Source: Antedon mediterranea
Taxonomy: Eukaryota; Animalia; Echinodermata
Direction: 5' to 3'
Assembly (NCBI RefSeq): GCF_964355755.1
Contig: NC_092679.1
Location: forward strand, 5,176,201 to 5,240,200
DNA length: 64,000 bases
Positions within the stretch are counted from its first letter, which is position 1; every line of letters starts with the position of its first letter. The position numbers were made by a program, and so were the translations under genes. Of the stretch, positions 26,601 through 40,855 are shown in pieces. The notes below the pieces were generated by a model that was given only the letters and a program-made list of their open reading frames with translations, did no database searches and was not told where the DNA came from.

Positions 26601-28700
26601 TTTAACCTTTAAGCATATTGCGACTGACTCAATATGTTTTAAATATAGTTATTATTAAACGTAAAGAAAGTAGCCTACATAATAAAAACTGCTCTTAGAC
26701 CATTATATTACCCTATACAATACTACAAAATAATTTAAAAACTTTAAAATGTGTTCGACGTTTAGTTCCATCGTCACCATACATTTTCATTTATCTTTTA
26801 TTTAAAAAAAAATCATTTCAAACATTATGATCGATGGAATAATACACGACTATTATCATGAATTTAGTGAAGATAACTTGTTGTAAACTTGATTTAAAAA
26901 AAAATAACATTTTAACAAAACAGCATAAAATTTGCACACTTTATTAATAAATATATAAGTAATGATTTATACATAAATAAATAATAACTTTAATTCAACA
27001 AAATACGCCATATACAAACATTTCACCAAATAAGAGCATCTGTGTTATCAATAAACTCCGAGAATTGCACAAAACACGAATATTCTTTTACTGATAGATT
27101 TTAACTTATTTATTTTATTTTAAAAATCTGTATTGTACTTTCATTTTTGAAGGAAATGTCGGTCCTTTTCAGAAAACAATACATTTTGCTAATATTATTT
27201 TTTTCTAGGCCGGATTCACACATAGCGTTTGAAGTCTCAAATCATCCAATGCAACCCGATATCCTATTAACATCCTGTATATTAATTCTTAAAAGTATTA
27301 TTTTTATGAACATCCTCCATAGTATGAATAGGAACATTTTTGATAATGAGATGGCCATATGTTATATCACACTCCTGAATTGTTGGTAATGAATACAAAA
27401 TAAATGAGTGTCGGCCAATTATGTAACCTCTGATCGTAGCTACCACGATTTGACAAAAACATTATCTTGGTATAGAGTTTCACAATGACAATGTATCATT
27501 TTTACTGTTACAATTTAGGGGGAGAAGTGAAGCTTGGTAGCCTATAACAAAAAAACAGCACAATATTATACTGATATAGGCTGCCTGTACTGTACTGTAC
27601 ATAAGAGAAAAATGTGTGGAACAAAAAACATATAGGCCTAAGCCTAAGAAATAAAACTTAACGAAATAAAAACTTGTTCGTTCCACGTCGAAGTACCGAA
27701 GGGGATATGTGATGAACAGACCGACAGACCGACAACATTAAGTTTAGAATCATATAAAAATTCCAACTTGAATGCCAAGCTAAATCGGCATCATTCAAAG
27801 TTTCCGGACGACAAAATAAGGTCCATAAAGCGTTTTTCATCTTGAAGCGAATGTGGTTATTCAGAACAATCTGGCCAGGATAACAACATATTAATTATAT
27901 TTTCTATTTATATATAACACACGTTGTATACATTTCCATGCAGATTAGATCTAACAGCTAGTGTACAAGGTGGAGCTGTGAGGTTGGAAATAGTCATTAT
28001 CGCTATTAATCATGCTATTTGCGTCTAGTTTTCGTGAAACCATCTCATCGGAAACTCTATCAGACTGAGTACATGATTATAAGAACAAAAGGGGGCGCTA
28101 TGTCAATTTAAACTATGTTCACACGTGGAAAAAGCGTATTTTGTAAATTTTGTTTTGTTTATTTTTGTTTGATTTTATTTACTGTTTATTTTCAATATTA
28201 TGATTTACACGATGCCAGTAAAAATAACATAGTGGCTGCATGTTCTAGTTGGTCAACGCATTATTGGAGATGACTCCTTTAAGAGATGACCAGGGGCAAG
28301 GGGCTGCGCGCGCACTGGTTGTGGCTGTGTAAGTCTGAGAGCATGCAGAGCAAATACTTGATAACATTTCAGGACCTAGTATGATTTTGAAGGTTGGTGT
28401 TGAAGTCTAGCATTTCATTCATTTCTCAGCGACTATTGTTAGTTCAATTGAACAAAACAACTTTTCGACCTAAAGCGTTATAATAGCAAACTGCATTAAC
28501 CCAAATCGGGACCCAAATACCAGAGAGCACAAACGAAAGCAACCATCCAACAAACGACTGCAAGTAATTAACCCTAACAGTTAACACAAAGGTTGCTGAT
28601 TGATTTATAGACAATAATGGATAAAGGGGAATTGAAAGTTTCCCCAGCTCGACAACGCCGCGAGTATCAGTCGTGAGTTGTTTCCGGATGAGATAGAGTA

Positions 28701-29123
28701 CCGTAAATCTTCTAATTTTAACACTGGGTTATTATTCTTTGATTGTTTTTTAGGGTGGGTTACTATTAGAAGGGGAGGGGGGGGGGGGTGGGTTTATTAT
28801 TAGAGTAGTAGGTTACTATTCCTAATCTTAAATTACCTGAAAATAGTAACCCACCCCCAAATTTTCCGGTCAGCAACTCATAGCAAAATAATAAAACAGT
28901 ACGAATAAACACATTTTGTTGAAAATGCATTATTTCCTTATTTTCAAAATACGGCTACATCATACGTTTTTGTGACTCTAATAATTACCCCCATGGGTTA
29001 CTATTATAGTAGAGGGTAATTATTATTATAGATTGACTTATAAGATGGATTATTATTAGAAGGGGGTTACTATTAGAAGGGAGGCTACTATTAGAAGGGA
29101 GGTTAATATTAGAGGAATTACGG
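28701..29123. mobile_element. Tc1/mariner(pogo)-type MITE
   Basis: TA|CCGTAAATCTTCTAAT ... ATTAGAGGAATTACGG|TA (16-bp TIR, 2 mismatches, TA TSD); internal repeated GGTTACTATTAGAAGGG motifs. Confidence 0.8.
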
Positions 29124-29594
29124 TAAACACAATTTGGTGTTATTAGTAATGTATACAGAAGAACGCATATTAAGGAGACACCTTCGTTAGGTTAGGTGTC
29201 CGCTGATTTCTGAATATGGGTTGATTTTTCTTTTCACAAGGAAATCGGATAATTACATAACATGAAAGTCTAAAAGTACCGTACTGTATAAAGAAAAACC
29301 ACAGATTCGTCTCGCTTGAATGTTCAGACAAATCCACTGTCTGACCATATTATTAAAAGAATTTACAATCATTCAAAACAATTTTATCAGCACACCTTCA
29401 AAATATATAACGGATAATGGTCACAGATAAATGCCTATGTACAATACTGTTGTTATTTTTAGAATATTGTACTGTCTACGGTATGTCTTTGCAATCGATA
29501 TCTCGAGCGTAAAATTATCACTGCTTTTGTAGTACTTCTCGTGAGATGGGACTTTTATTTGTTAAAACAGTTTTCCTGACATTATTTTACTTAA

Positions 29595-29949
29595 AGACCC
29601 CTTCCCTATTTTAGATCTAATTTAAGGTCACAAACTAAATTTAATGTAAAAATACATACTATGGTCCTATTGAGATAACTATTTTCGTCTTAAAATTTTG
29701 GTTAAAAATGTGAAAAAATAAGGTGATTCTAATAATTTTAGCAGCCCGCTATAAATCCAAACATGTATTGCGGATTAATATTTTTGTTTTTCTTCTGTAA
29801 TTCACCCACTTTTCGATCGATCGTGAGGTCAAAACAAATGGGAGACTCCTAACTTTTTAGCGAAAATACTGGGTTTCTTCCAATTTCTATCAATCAAATT
29901 ATATATGCATTATTTTCATAAAACGTCACAAATTGTAGGGAGTATGTCT
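29595..29949. mobile_element. Decayed Kolobok-like MITE
   Basis: TTAA|AGACCCCTTCCCTA ... TAGGGAGTATGTCT|TTGA; AG..CT termini with TTAA-like flanks and an imperfect TIR. Confidence 0.5.
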
Positions 29950-32900
29950 TTGATGTGTAGAAGTATGTAGCTACTGTAGCTGTCGTACACAACGCCAAGG
30001 ACGTGTAGTGACTTCACTCTCCACACGCGCACAGGCGTACGATACACCAGCCTTATACGCCGTCGTGTGAATCTACCATAAATGGTTGGATGCAAACATT
30101 TTAGCTTTAGAATAAACTCACAGAGATGTAAACTGTACTACTAATTTATGTCCTCATTTTAATCGTACCACATTTTTGACCAAAGACAAGCGTGATAAAA
30201 AAACGGATGAAATTACATGAACGTTTATGTTTTAGCGATCAGGTTCATGTTATTCACAGACCTGTAATAATTGTGTACAAATTATCACGATAAAAACGTC
30301 TGGCCAGTCACCTCTAGCCACCAAACAACAACATTTCTGCAGGTTTTTGACAGATTTATTACTACTGAATTCCCTTTCGAAACGCTATTCATTTATGTTG
30401 GTACGTGTGGCAAGCATAAAGGTGAAAACCAATGGGGTTTTTCTATTCGCTATGGACATGTGGAGTGACCAGTTTGGCTATAAATGGAGATCTGGGCCGG
30501 TTCATGTGTCGCTGAAGCCTCTTCAGGAAGGCGGCCAGTCACCCATCAAACTAATGATATATCCCTCTCATCTGTTGATTGAAAAGCCTCTATAGTCATA
30601 CACATATGATTTTAAATGGATTGTCATGGTAAAGATTGATGGGTCTGGCTTAATGGTCCGTTGATTACTGGCTATTGGGCATTGGTCAATTAGACCAACA
30701 CTTTCGAGGCCTAGTTTCATTTATAATCGATTAGATACCCGCCTGGGTAATGCGTTTTCTGGCCAGTGCATCATATTGCGTCCTCCGATAAGAGGCCCTC
30801 GGGTATCTGAAAATAGCGTATACAATATTGGACTTGATATAAACGAAATAATATGATAATTTATTTATAAATTAACGCAAGAAAATTAATTGCGAATTGG
30901 CAATGGTTATAGTGATGGTAATATTATTATACGTTGAAGAGGATGATTGTATGCTCAATTGGAACCAAGCTGAAGGATTAGGTTACTCTGGGTTCCAGAC
31001 GGAGTTTTGTCTTAATATTAATTAGTAAAAAGAGCAATATTTTTGCACATATGGCGTTTCATATGTATAGGCCTACTACTTGAGCTTGGAAACTTGTATT
31101 TTCAGACAAAAATCGAAATAAAAATAAAATAAAAAAGGCAGTGAATACAGACTTGTGGCAAGTCTAGGCTTAGGTGTGCGTTGAGTAACTTTACATTATA
31201 CTTACTTCAGAAGACGACACATATTTTAAAACCCTATACAGAAGGTAAAGTAGGACGCTAGCCCCTCCCCCCTCTTGTCAATTCTTCCAATTAAATCAAT
31301 TCAAATCACACCCGTTTAGATATAACTAAAGATACAAACATTGGGGTAAGGATGTTCAGTACTATACGCTTAGCATAGTAAATTAGAGCATACATTAATT
31401 TTGTAGCCCTTTAGATACAGTTGAGAAGAATAAAAAAGGTTAGAGCAGAGTGTCATTGTCCGCTTTCACATTCAAAACGTGTGACAAGAGGAAGTGAATT
31501 GCATCTGTCATGTTCAAGTCAAGTCAGTGCCTACAGATATTTTTTAATGTTTTAAAAATCAACTTTGAATCGTTGTAAAAAAAAAAAAAAAATCCGTCCA
31601 ACCAAAGTCTCAAAGTGGAACAGATAATAGTTGCGTTTATGTCAAAACGAGAAGAAATGACATAAAATCGGAACTTTAAAAACGCACGTTATTTGTTGTA
31701 CTGTATTTCTAGTCCTATTTAGGACCTTCCGGTAATAATCTGTTCCCTTCGCTGGTAGTGAATCTGTGCAATTTAATAGGCAGAGCTACGTGAACACTAA
31801 CCATTGACAATATCTAAATTTATTTGAAAATTTATAATTGCTACTAATATGAAAGATACACTGCGAGAGCCCTTCACAACCCTATGCGATTTCATTCAAG
31901 GGAAAAATGTAAAATGTATATGTGTTGTGGAATTCAAAACTACATGCAGTAATACTAAATATCATGGGTTAGGCCTACGCATATATCAATGCGATACCTG
32001 TAATCCATTATTGCGAAATATGAGACGAGACCAAACACATTGACTTTATTTGCAGTCCTGAGTTCACGAAAATGTTACAAATAATGTCAACATTCCAGAT
32101 AAGACCTAAGGACATGATAGATAATGATATGTTATTTTTGGTCTATATTTATGCCCATTACGTTTGACAGACAAAAATGTTAAGTACACATTATACAACA
32201 TAGATTACACAAAATAGGCATCGTTTCATGTTACTAAGAAATCCAGCCAAAACGACAAAACCATCACATTTATCGGAACCTTTTTTTTTTTAAACTAACA
32301 AGTTCATTTAAATTGGAAACATTAATTGAAAACACGTTATTTATTATGATGTTGATGATTATTTCATAGGCTGCTGATATGTCCAACACTAAGGGTTAGT
32401 CATTATCTTTAAGCCGGTCCGACGACCAGACAAAGTAAATATTTGAGTCCAATCTTATGATAATGCAGTGCCCATTAATATACCAGTGTGAAAGGTCAGT
32501 TTACTTGTGCCTTTTAATGTGTCTGAATAAAACATTGATATTTATCTTGCACTTTTTTATATTTCAGTTTATGGTCTTAGGACCAGGCAATGTCAAAGGG
32601 CATGCGTCTGGAACATTGAGTAGACCATTGAACGAGCTCGGCACGTCCTCATCCAGACGCCTAGCGACCAAACTTCGTGCCAGGTCAATAGGTTTCGATA
32701 ACCGTTAGCCAGGATTGGCCGATTGGCTTTTGATGGATGGGCGTTAGGCGAGCAAAAGGTCGCTACATTACCTTATACGGCCTGGTGGACGTGTATGAAA
32801 TGTTAAAGAGGCTTAAACATCGTCATGTTTGTAGAATTATGGATGAAATCCGTGGTACTGAACGAATTGTCGTGGGCATTAAGATCGTGCAAAATCCAAG

Positions 32901-33413
32901 TGACATGAAATGTACATAAAGCTCATGGGAAATGAAAATTATGGACATTATTACGGTTTGAGCCGGTGTCATTCGCTTCAGGCTCTGTTTAAATCGAATC
33001 GCAACTGTTGTCCGTTTAAAAATGTAGGTCTACACAACTGAAAAAATTTACAATCCAACAAGTATAGAAAAAAGATTACAATTAAAAAATTTAAAATCTG
33101 TGCGTTCTTTATTTATTACAAATAATTAACACGGTGTATGCAATGAAAGCTTTAGGCCTACAAGTTACAACCATGTTTAAATTATCAAAACGAAATGGGC
33201 AAACGAGGAAACATAACAAGCTACCGTCCGTATTTATAGTACAAATTTACTGTATTTAATGGTACAGGCAGGGAATACAGGTAGAAAGACCGTCAACAAA
33301 TCTATAAAAACAAGGGTTTTAAAATGACGTCACATCCCACAATTGGAATTCATTCATGGGACTTTAGTGTGTGATCGAAACGCCTGTAGGATGTCACCCA
33401 AGGGAAATCAAAA

Positions 33414-35871
33414 CAGCGCCATCTACAACTCTTAAAACTATTGCGCACCCAACACAGTCACGCTCGTGAAAAATATACTATAATACGGCACAACGTGATG
33501 ATCAAATGCATGCTACACACATATTAACTGTTTAATTTATCTCTCTTTAGAGTGTTCTTGCTTATTTGTTTCCTCTTGATATTAGAAGATATTACAAAAG
33601 AGGAAATCTCCTTTTCAAGTGATTGTCGAAAGGTTCGGTGATGTTGTACTGTAGGTCGCGAGAATTACCGTTAATGGGTGGTACTTGAGAGACGCGAATC
33701 AAGTGTACGTTTAGGAAATATAAGTACAGCACGGTAACACACGTGGGACATATGACACATTGAACAATTCATTTTTTAGTTTGCTTTTGTCAGTTTTTAG
33801 AAATTAAAAATATTGAATAAATTCGCGTTTGAGCCGATTGCAACACTTTACTTGCGATTAAACGCGTAAGATTGTAACTTATTTTAAAGGAAATGCGTTT
33901 TACTTTTTAGTCGCATTCAAACGCGACTCTACAGCTCACTATGTCGGTCGGTTGGTCGGTCGGTAAACACTAACTCAAATTTGAGCACGCGACTGCAGCC
34001 ATGTATATGGCCTTGTTTCCAAGACCTTTGCACGCACACAAACATTATTTCTAGTACAATGCCAACGCGTAAAATGACAAGAAATAGGCATTTGAAGTTT
34101 GGATAAACATGTCCAATGACAAAAATAAAATACCGATATTTGAGGGCTAGTGAATCATTATCGTACATTTTTAACGAGTAGAACCCGGTGATATATTTTA
34201 GAGAAAAGTACGTCCCTGTATTTCATAGTTGTTCATGCCTTTGCACTTTTAACGAGAGTTCACTGGGCGAAAAGGAACAACATTAAGAAATTTATTGAAA
34301 ATGTATGTGGATATTCTTTATGGACAGAGGCGAAAGTTCAATGTGGATAGTTGAACTTTATTCGGCTGATTTATTTTGAAACGTTTCTCGTGGTTGACGT
34401 CCCTCTGGCCTCGGGAAAGCCAGACCGGGGCCGTATAGCCACGAACGGCTAGTATTGACGGTCCCAGGAGACATCAACTTGTAGTCCGGTGACTTGTGTT
34501 AGCGTCGGGTTGGTCAACATTCATGTTATGTGATAATGACTCATTCATAACGGCTGCGTACTATCACTTTTGGACATGTGGTTTGATTGTAATTCTTTTT
34601 CACAAATCTAAAAACAGTTCTAGTTCATGTAGTTGTCAAGTAAACGCAATGAATCTGAGAATTAAAAACAAAATTATAAAAAAAATGTAATATCAGAAAT
34701 ATACCGTCAAGTATGTATGATGTGTTTTTATTACCCCTAATTCTATTTGTGTTTGCAAATAAAGAAAAACACAATAAAAATGACTCTGATGTTGTGGTTT
34801 CAAAACTCATAACTAAAATAGAGGGCGCTGCCTGCAAATTTATAAATACAGACTCGTGTACTTCATTTTATTCAATCCTAAGGTATTGCGGCAATGTGCT
34901 CATACCTATGTAGAATGTGTAGGCCTAACTAAAATATAAAAAAAAACCATAAATTTGTCTATAGTACTACCACTTGTGTAAATCATAATAATAACAACAA
35001 AAATCGAGTTTGCCTAGACCTAGGCCTATTATAGTTTCCGGCGTGTACAGCAGATGAGGGAGAAAACCACCCGCCCTTGCCCATTTGTGTCTTCCCATAG
35101 AGATATTATAGTGAACTATAATATCTCTATGGTCTTCCGTGTGTATATCATATATACCTCGCAATTGTTTATAATTGCATAAAAAATATATTACACATAA
35201 CTGAGCTTCCTTTATACTTCAGCATCATAATAGCAAAAATAGCATTTTGAACAAAAATTTAAGAAAATCTAAATAGCGCCCTCTAACTTTGAAACGTAAG
35301 TTAGGCTAGGCTCAATTCAACAGACACACAATGTTGATAACTTGTACCACGCGTATATGTACAAAGAAGAAATCAACTACAGTATCTGTTTATAGTGCGA
35401 CCTCTACCGTAGATATCTTTTGTTGTTTTCTATACTCTCGCGTCTTAGGGAAAGACGTTGTACTGTAGGGCCTACTACCATACTATAAGGAATGCAACAA
35501 CTTCACAAATAAAGTTATCTTTTCCATAAAAAATATTCATTAAATTATTTAAAATAGCCTAATTTTTGTATGTTCAACAACGCGCAATCAGGGTCGTTCG
35601 AGAAAATTAAAACATTTTTAATTTCATGGATGGACAATTGTTTTGTCAATGATCTGATCATCCATGATCCATTACTACAATACGAAAACAATGATGAAAT
35701 GTTTCTGATTTACAAATCTATTGTATTAAAGTCGTACGTATTTTATTTGATCTTCAATTTTCTCATTGGATAGAATCCAGCTTATCAGGTCATGTATCAT
35801 CATATAGTCTCAATTCAAACGAACACAATTCAACCCTCGCAACAAGCAAAGAACCCCTGTAGAGGGCGCCA
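33414..35871. promoter_or_regulatory. Cluster of five CTCF-like core motifs (candidate insulator)
   Basis: TAGRKGGCGC-type words at 33414-33425 (-), 34819-34830 (+), 35274-35285 (-), 35395-35408 (-, AGAGGTCGC variant) and 35856-35871 (+). Confidence 0.5.
33904..34018 (+). mobile_element. HINE/DINE-1-like non-autonomous Helentron element
   Basis: 5' T-run, AGTCGC..GCGACT inverted repeat, GTCG-like microsatellite, second CGCGACT, 3' hairpin GCCAT..ATGGC and a TTGTTT end; second copy at 40749. Confidence 0.7.
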
Positions 35872-38070
35872 TGGTAACATAACGACAACAACTAAACGTA
35901 TTAAATCTTTAGAAACTTCATAGAAAGCAAGGTCGGAAAGAAAGAAATAAAGTATTGGTGATGATTCATTAAAACTGACATTGTGTAGAAAATCACTAGA
36001 ACATGTATTAACTTCTTAAACATTAATGAGTAGGCTTATTTAGTTTACAATCATGAGCGAGATAATCACATTGTTTATTGAAATTTTTTCCAATTAGTGT
36101 TGTGTCAAACGACCACATGTTGGCAGTGGGCTTGTTGAGCGTTAGTTACACGTACGTCTATAACAATACCTTCATTGTTTAACACTGGTATATACCCAGA
36201 ACACCTAGGTTTAAATAACAATATGAAAAAGAATTTAGTCGGAACTCATGCTAAGATACATAACTGAAAAAAAACACCTAAGATCATTATCTCTCCTTAT
36301 ACCATTCTTTCTAAAGTTATAGAAGCCGTAGGAAAAGTTTGTTCGACCACTGTGCATATATTTAGGATCCCAAAAGCGCACTCAAATACATTATTAAAAT
36401 CACGTAGGCCTATAGACACAAATCAAGAGCCTTTGACGACTAAGCCCAGATTTTTAGAAAGAAATTTCTAAAATAAAAGAATGGAGTAAATGCTAGGCCT
36501 ATGTAATGGTAAGTTCGTTACAAAACGAATAGTACAAAGATAACGAGCGATGTGAACAGGATACATGATTTGTGTTTGTGCCTTCGCCTTTATTTTATGC
36601 AATTTAAGTGAATAGAATCTTTGATTGAAATTTGATATACAATTAACCAGCACTCAAAGCTATGTTGAACGAGCGCTGTATAATCACAATGCCCGCGATG
36701 TACAGCAGGGTGATCTTTTTCAAGATATCTTCACTGCCAGAGCTTTAATCATAGTGTATACGTTCTATTGAATTTCAAGAGGTTTATTTTTTCTAAGATG
36801 TTACGTTTGGTTGTTTCAAGTTTGGTATCAGCTGTTAAGAAGATGATAGATGTTGTGTTTCTATAGCTTGAGCGACCTTGCTTTGACTGTGGTAATTAAT
36901 TGACTCGTATTCTACATTATTTGATTGCTTCTTAGCATCGCGTGTTGGTGTATTGTAGCTTTGCTTCTAAAGTTATATCTTTAATTTCAGAATACTGGGG
37001 TAAAAACCCGCTGCGGATTTACGGAAGCTTTGCAAAAATACATTTACCGTGTTTGGTTAGTCTTATAGCCTTGATTATAAGAGAAATCAAGAAGACCATT
37101 CGCTTATAATATTATTATTCTTTTGTCCGACAATCTTTTCTTTCTTTTGTTTAATTTCTAAGATACATTTTGAACTTTTTTTAAGTAAGTTATTAATAAA
37201 TATTACAAATTCAGATGCATTTAGTTTAATTCCAGTTTTTGAGAACTTGTCAAATGTTATCACTGTAGATTTTAAAATATCCGAAAAACGACATGTCCTT
37301 GCTAATGGCCCACGTTACCAAATGAGTCGTAAAAACATAATTAAAAGTCATTTAGGAGAAAAAATAAACATCACTGTTTTGTATAATTTGTTGGCCTGTA
37401 CTATCTTCTCGTATTCTATTGTGTTAAGGTATCACCAATTAATTTAGGATCAGTTTACACCTTATCTAATTGTCAGTAGATGTTTAGCAATTTATTTGCT
37501 TGTTTTCAAGTTAGATTGACAATTCTTGAGTTTATTAAATGAACATGGAATACCAGCATGACACTTTTAATCAACTAGGCTAGACACAATCTTTCCAGAT
37601 CATTAGACAAATGGGATAAGATGTTTGGTTACCTTATTTGTGTATGTCAGTCAGTTCGAACATTCCCCCGGCCCCCAAATAATGAATAATGTAAATAAGA
37701 AAGTTTACATTTATTACAAACAAATTACATACGTTTCCAAAATATACTGTCTTTTAAAATGTATTATATCATGTACAAAATGAGGCGTAGATTTTTATGT
37801 TATTTGTATTCATAATCAAAACAAAATGTATAAAGGTTAAAAGTGTAAAAATCAGAAAATAACGATAAAAGTAGAAAACGGAAATTTAATGTATGAAAAT
37901 GAAATGTGAATAAAATAATATGTATGAAAGATTGAATGAATAGAGGTGATGGTTAACCACAAAAGAGAAAAAAAGTAAAATGTAAGTAAATTGTTAGGAT
38001 TTGTTGTAGGCCTTTACTTTATTATTTGCATCAGGGATAGATTAGACATATATATTCGGCGACATTTTAA

Positions 38071-38172
38071 AGCTTAGTTCCCATTTGGAAAGCGCACTAC
38101 AATTTGACTTTTGTGATTGGTCAACTCACTTGCACTTACGTCATTGCGTTGCGTCCTAGTGGGAACCATAGT
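38071..38172 (-). mobile_element. Internally deleted, older copy of the Harbinger-type MITE
   Basis: taa|AGCTTAGTTCCCA ... TTGTGATTGGTCAA ... CTAGTGGGAACCA matches the family termini. Confidence 0.7.
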
Positions 38173-40748
38173 TCATAATCCTACATCACGTAATGAACTC
38201 ATTCTTTTAAGAGTCACCACGACAGAAAAAGACTATTAGCCTAAAAGTATATATGTAGTTGTATCTGATTCTAAACTGAATTATACTGAAAGTAACCTTA
38301 AAGGTAAAACTCCATGCTATGTACAACAATTACTATATTAACAAACATAAAACATTATAATAGAAACATTTTAAGATCAGAAACAAACATTTCGCATTGA
38401 TCGTATAATTATTATATGAATGAGGAGACATAAGATCTGGAATAAGCAGCTCTCCCCCTGGTATCACAGCATCTCCCAGACTCTCAAGAACAGACAATGT
38501 CAGGGGGCTGGCATCAAAGCATCCTTTGGCGCCAATTGCGTCATATTTATCCACTTAGCGACCATTTAAAGTCGCTCTTGCGCGCAGCTAAAGATTGACG
38601 CCCCTGCACAGAATCAGGTATATTTAATAACAATTACGTCGATAATAACAAAATTATCATTGATTTTATTAACGAGAGTCCAATTATACTAGAATCACTT
38701 GCAAAACAAAATAGACAACAAGTAGACACACTTTACATATTCAATGGTATATAATGAAAGTGTGAGTGAATTAATGTGCAAGCTATGATAATTTGTTATG
38801 TTGAGGATTTTTGGCTGCTTCTTCTGCTGCTGCTGTTGACCTTATGATGTCCTTAACAAAGGATTTCTATATGGTACGGTACGCACATACATATCATATA
38901 CTTTCTCATATTCTTAAACATAAAAATATAATATAAAACAAAAGATTTTAAGTCGTAAATGTGTAGGTAGGCCTATACTGAACAAATAAGATAACAGAGT
39001 ATGAGAGTTTAAAGTGATCGTCGGCGGGGAACAAGTTTCGCCAGTGTAGCATAGCCAAATGCACAGAATAGAATCGCTGCACTTTATATTATGGTTCCCT
39101 GTCATTTGGGATTTTGCACTGGGTTACACCCTCCCCTTTTTAACTATGCATTGTCCCTAATGCAGATATACCATTCCCAATAGATAAAAAAAAACATAAA
39201 AATATGGATTTCCTAAATTATCACATTGTATAACCTGGCTGCAAAAAAACTCAAACAAACAAATAACAATACAACGTTCTATTCCAAATTCTGATTAGCA
39301 GTTATGGCAAACAAGAATGTTTTAATGAAAATGTGTCGTGATAGTGAAGTATGGGTAGACCTACACAAAAACGTTCATATCAATGCAGCAACACTAAAAG
39401 ATCATTCATTGCGTGTATTTTAATCTGAAGTAGCAGTGGTGTTAACAAAATATAATCTATAGCCTAATGGTGTCATGCCAATTTATTTTGAAAAAGCTTT
39501 AGCGATTATGATAGGTAGACGTATGTCAATCAAGTGAATTCTTAATATGTGATAGAATAGCGATAAATCCTTGCTAACGATTAAGGAGCAATGACAGCAG
39601 ATTAATGAAAACTAACAAACGACAAAACGAACCCCTGTTGCGTTTCAAACACACTATTTCCATTTTGGTATTGACTTAATATTGTAAGCTTGAAATTGAA
39701 ACAATTTCACAGCAAACTGATTCTCATACCAACTGTAGCAATATAGGTTCATTTGCAGTTGTTACAAAATAATTATAATTAAGATAGCCTACTGAATTGG
39801 TGATTGGCAGTGTCAGTGTTGACGCCGAATATACGCGGTTTGGCAAGTCTATTGAGAGAACGCAACAGATCTACAATGTAGTCCTTTTAAAGTTAGTCAT
39901 GGCTGTGATATAAAGTAATTAAGCGTAAAGTATCATGAACACAAGTAGACTGCAAACATAAAATCATCTACTAGGCTCCATTGCTTGTTACAATATACAT
40001 ACAAGACAATATAAAACTTAGCAAAACACGTGTAAACAAACCTATTACACTCTGCCATACATGATTTTTAACAAAAGCTCTATTGACCAGCGTAATTGTG
40101 TTTCCCTAATATTCAGTGCGAGTCTATTAAAACTATTGTTAGTTGAGATAACAAGACCAGTTAGTTAAGGATATATTAACGTCGATATTAATGCAAATAA
40201 TTTACAGTTTTTAACTGCTGTTAATTAATCATTTAAACTACAAGATATCTCACACTTAACTATACAACGGCGTCGGATTGCATTTCATAATTTCGATCAA
40301 ATCATTGAAGCAAGAAATTCAGTTTTCAATTAAAATCGAAACAAACATGGGCTGTTTTAGGGAGCCTGTTTGAGAAGACCTATACTTAGTGTCTATGCGT
40401 GTTGCATTACTGGATGATTAAGTTCCAGTTCTTTAGTTTTAATTTAGTTTTACACCAGATGTGGAGATACAAAGGTTTGCACACCATTATAGGGTTCCTT
40501 TAGTAGGCCTACATATTTTCTAATAATACCTCCATTTAGAGAGTTTATTTCATACCCATTAGTAAATTTGAATATTAAAAACAAATAATTATCAGATTTA
40601 GCACAAATCAAATATTTGTACTACCAGATTTGAACTGGAACTCTTGATTGTCTGGTGATAGGTCTATGGCTTCGAAAGGAAATGGAAAAACATAAAACCT
40701 TAAACTGGCTTATTGTGTGACGTTGCGTTATGTTACCATTATTTAAAA

Positions 40749-40855
40749 AAACAAGGCCACATACATGGCTGCAGTTGCGTGCTCAAATTTGAGTGTTTAC
40801 CGACCAACTGACCGACATAGTGAGCTGTAGGGTCGCGTTTGCATGCGACTAAAAA
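40749..40855 (-). mobile_element. HINE/DINE-1-like element, second copy
   Basis: Reverse complement of 33904-34018 with a few substitutions and indels. Confidence 0.7.

Noticed and set aside
38500-38626. CAGGGG...CCCCTG as a hAT-type MITE
   Set aside because: TIR match is only about 6 bp and there is no 8-bp TSD.
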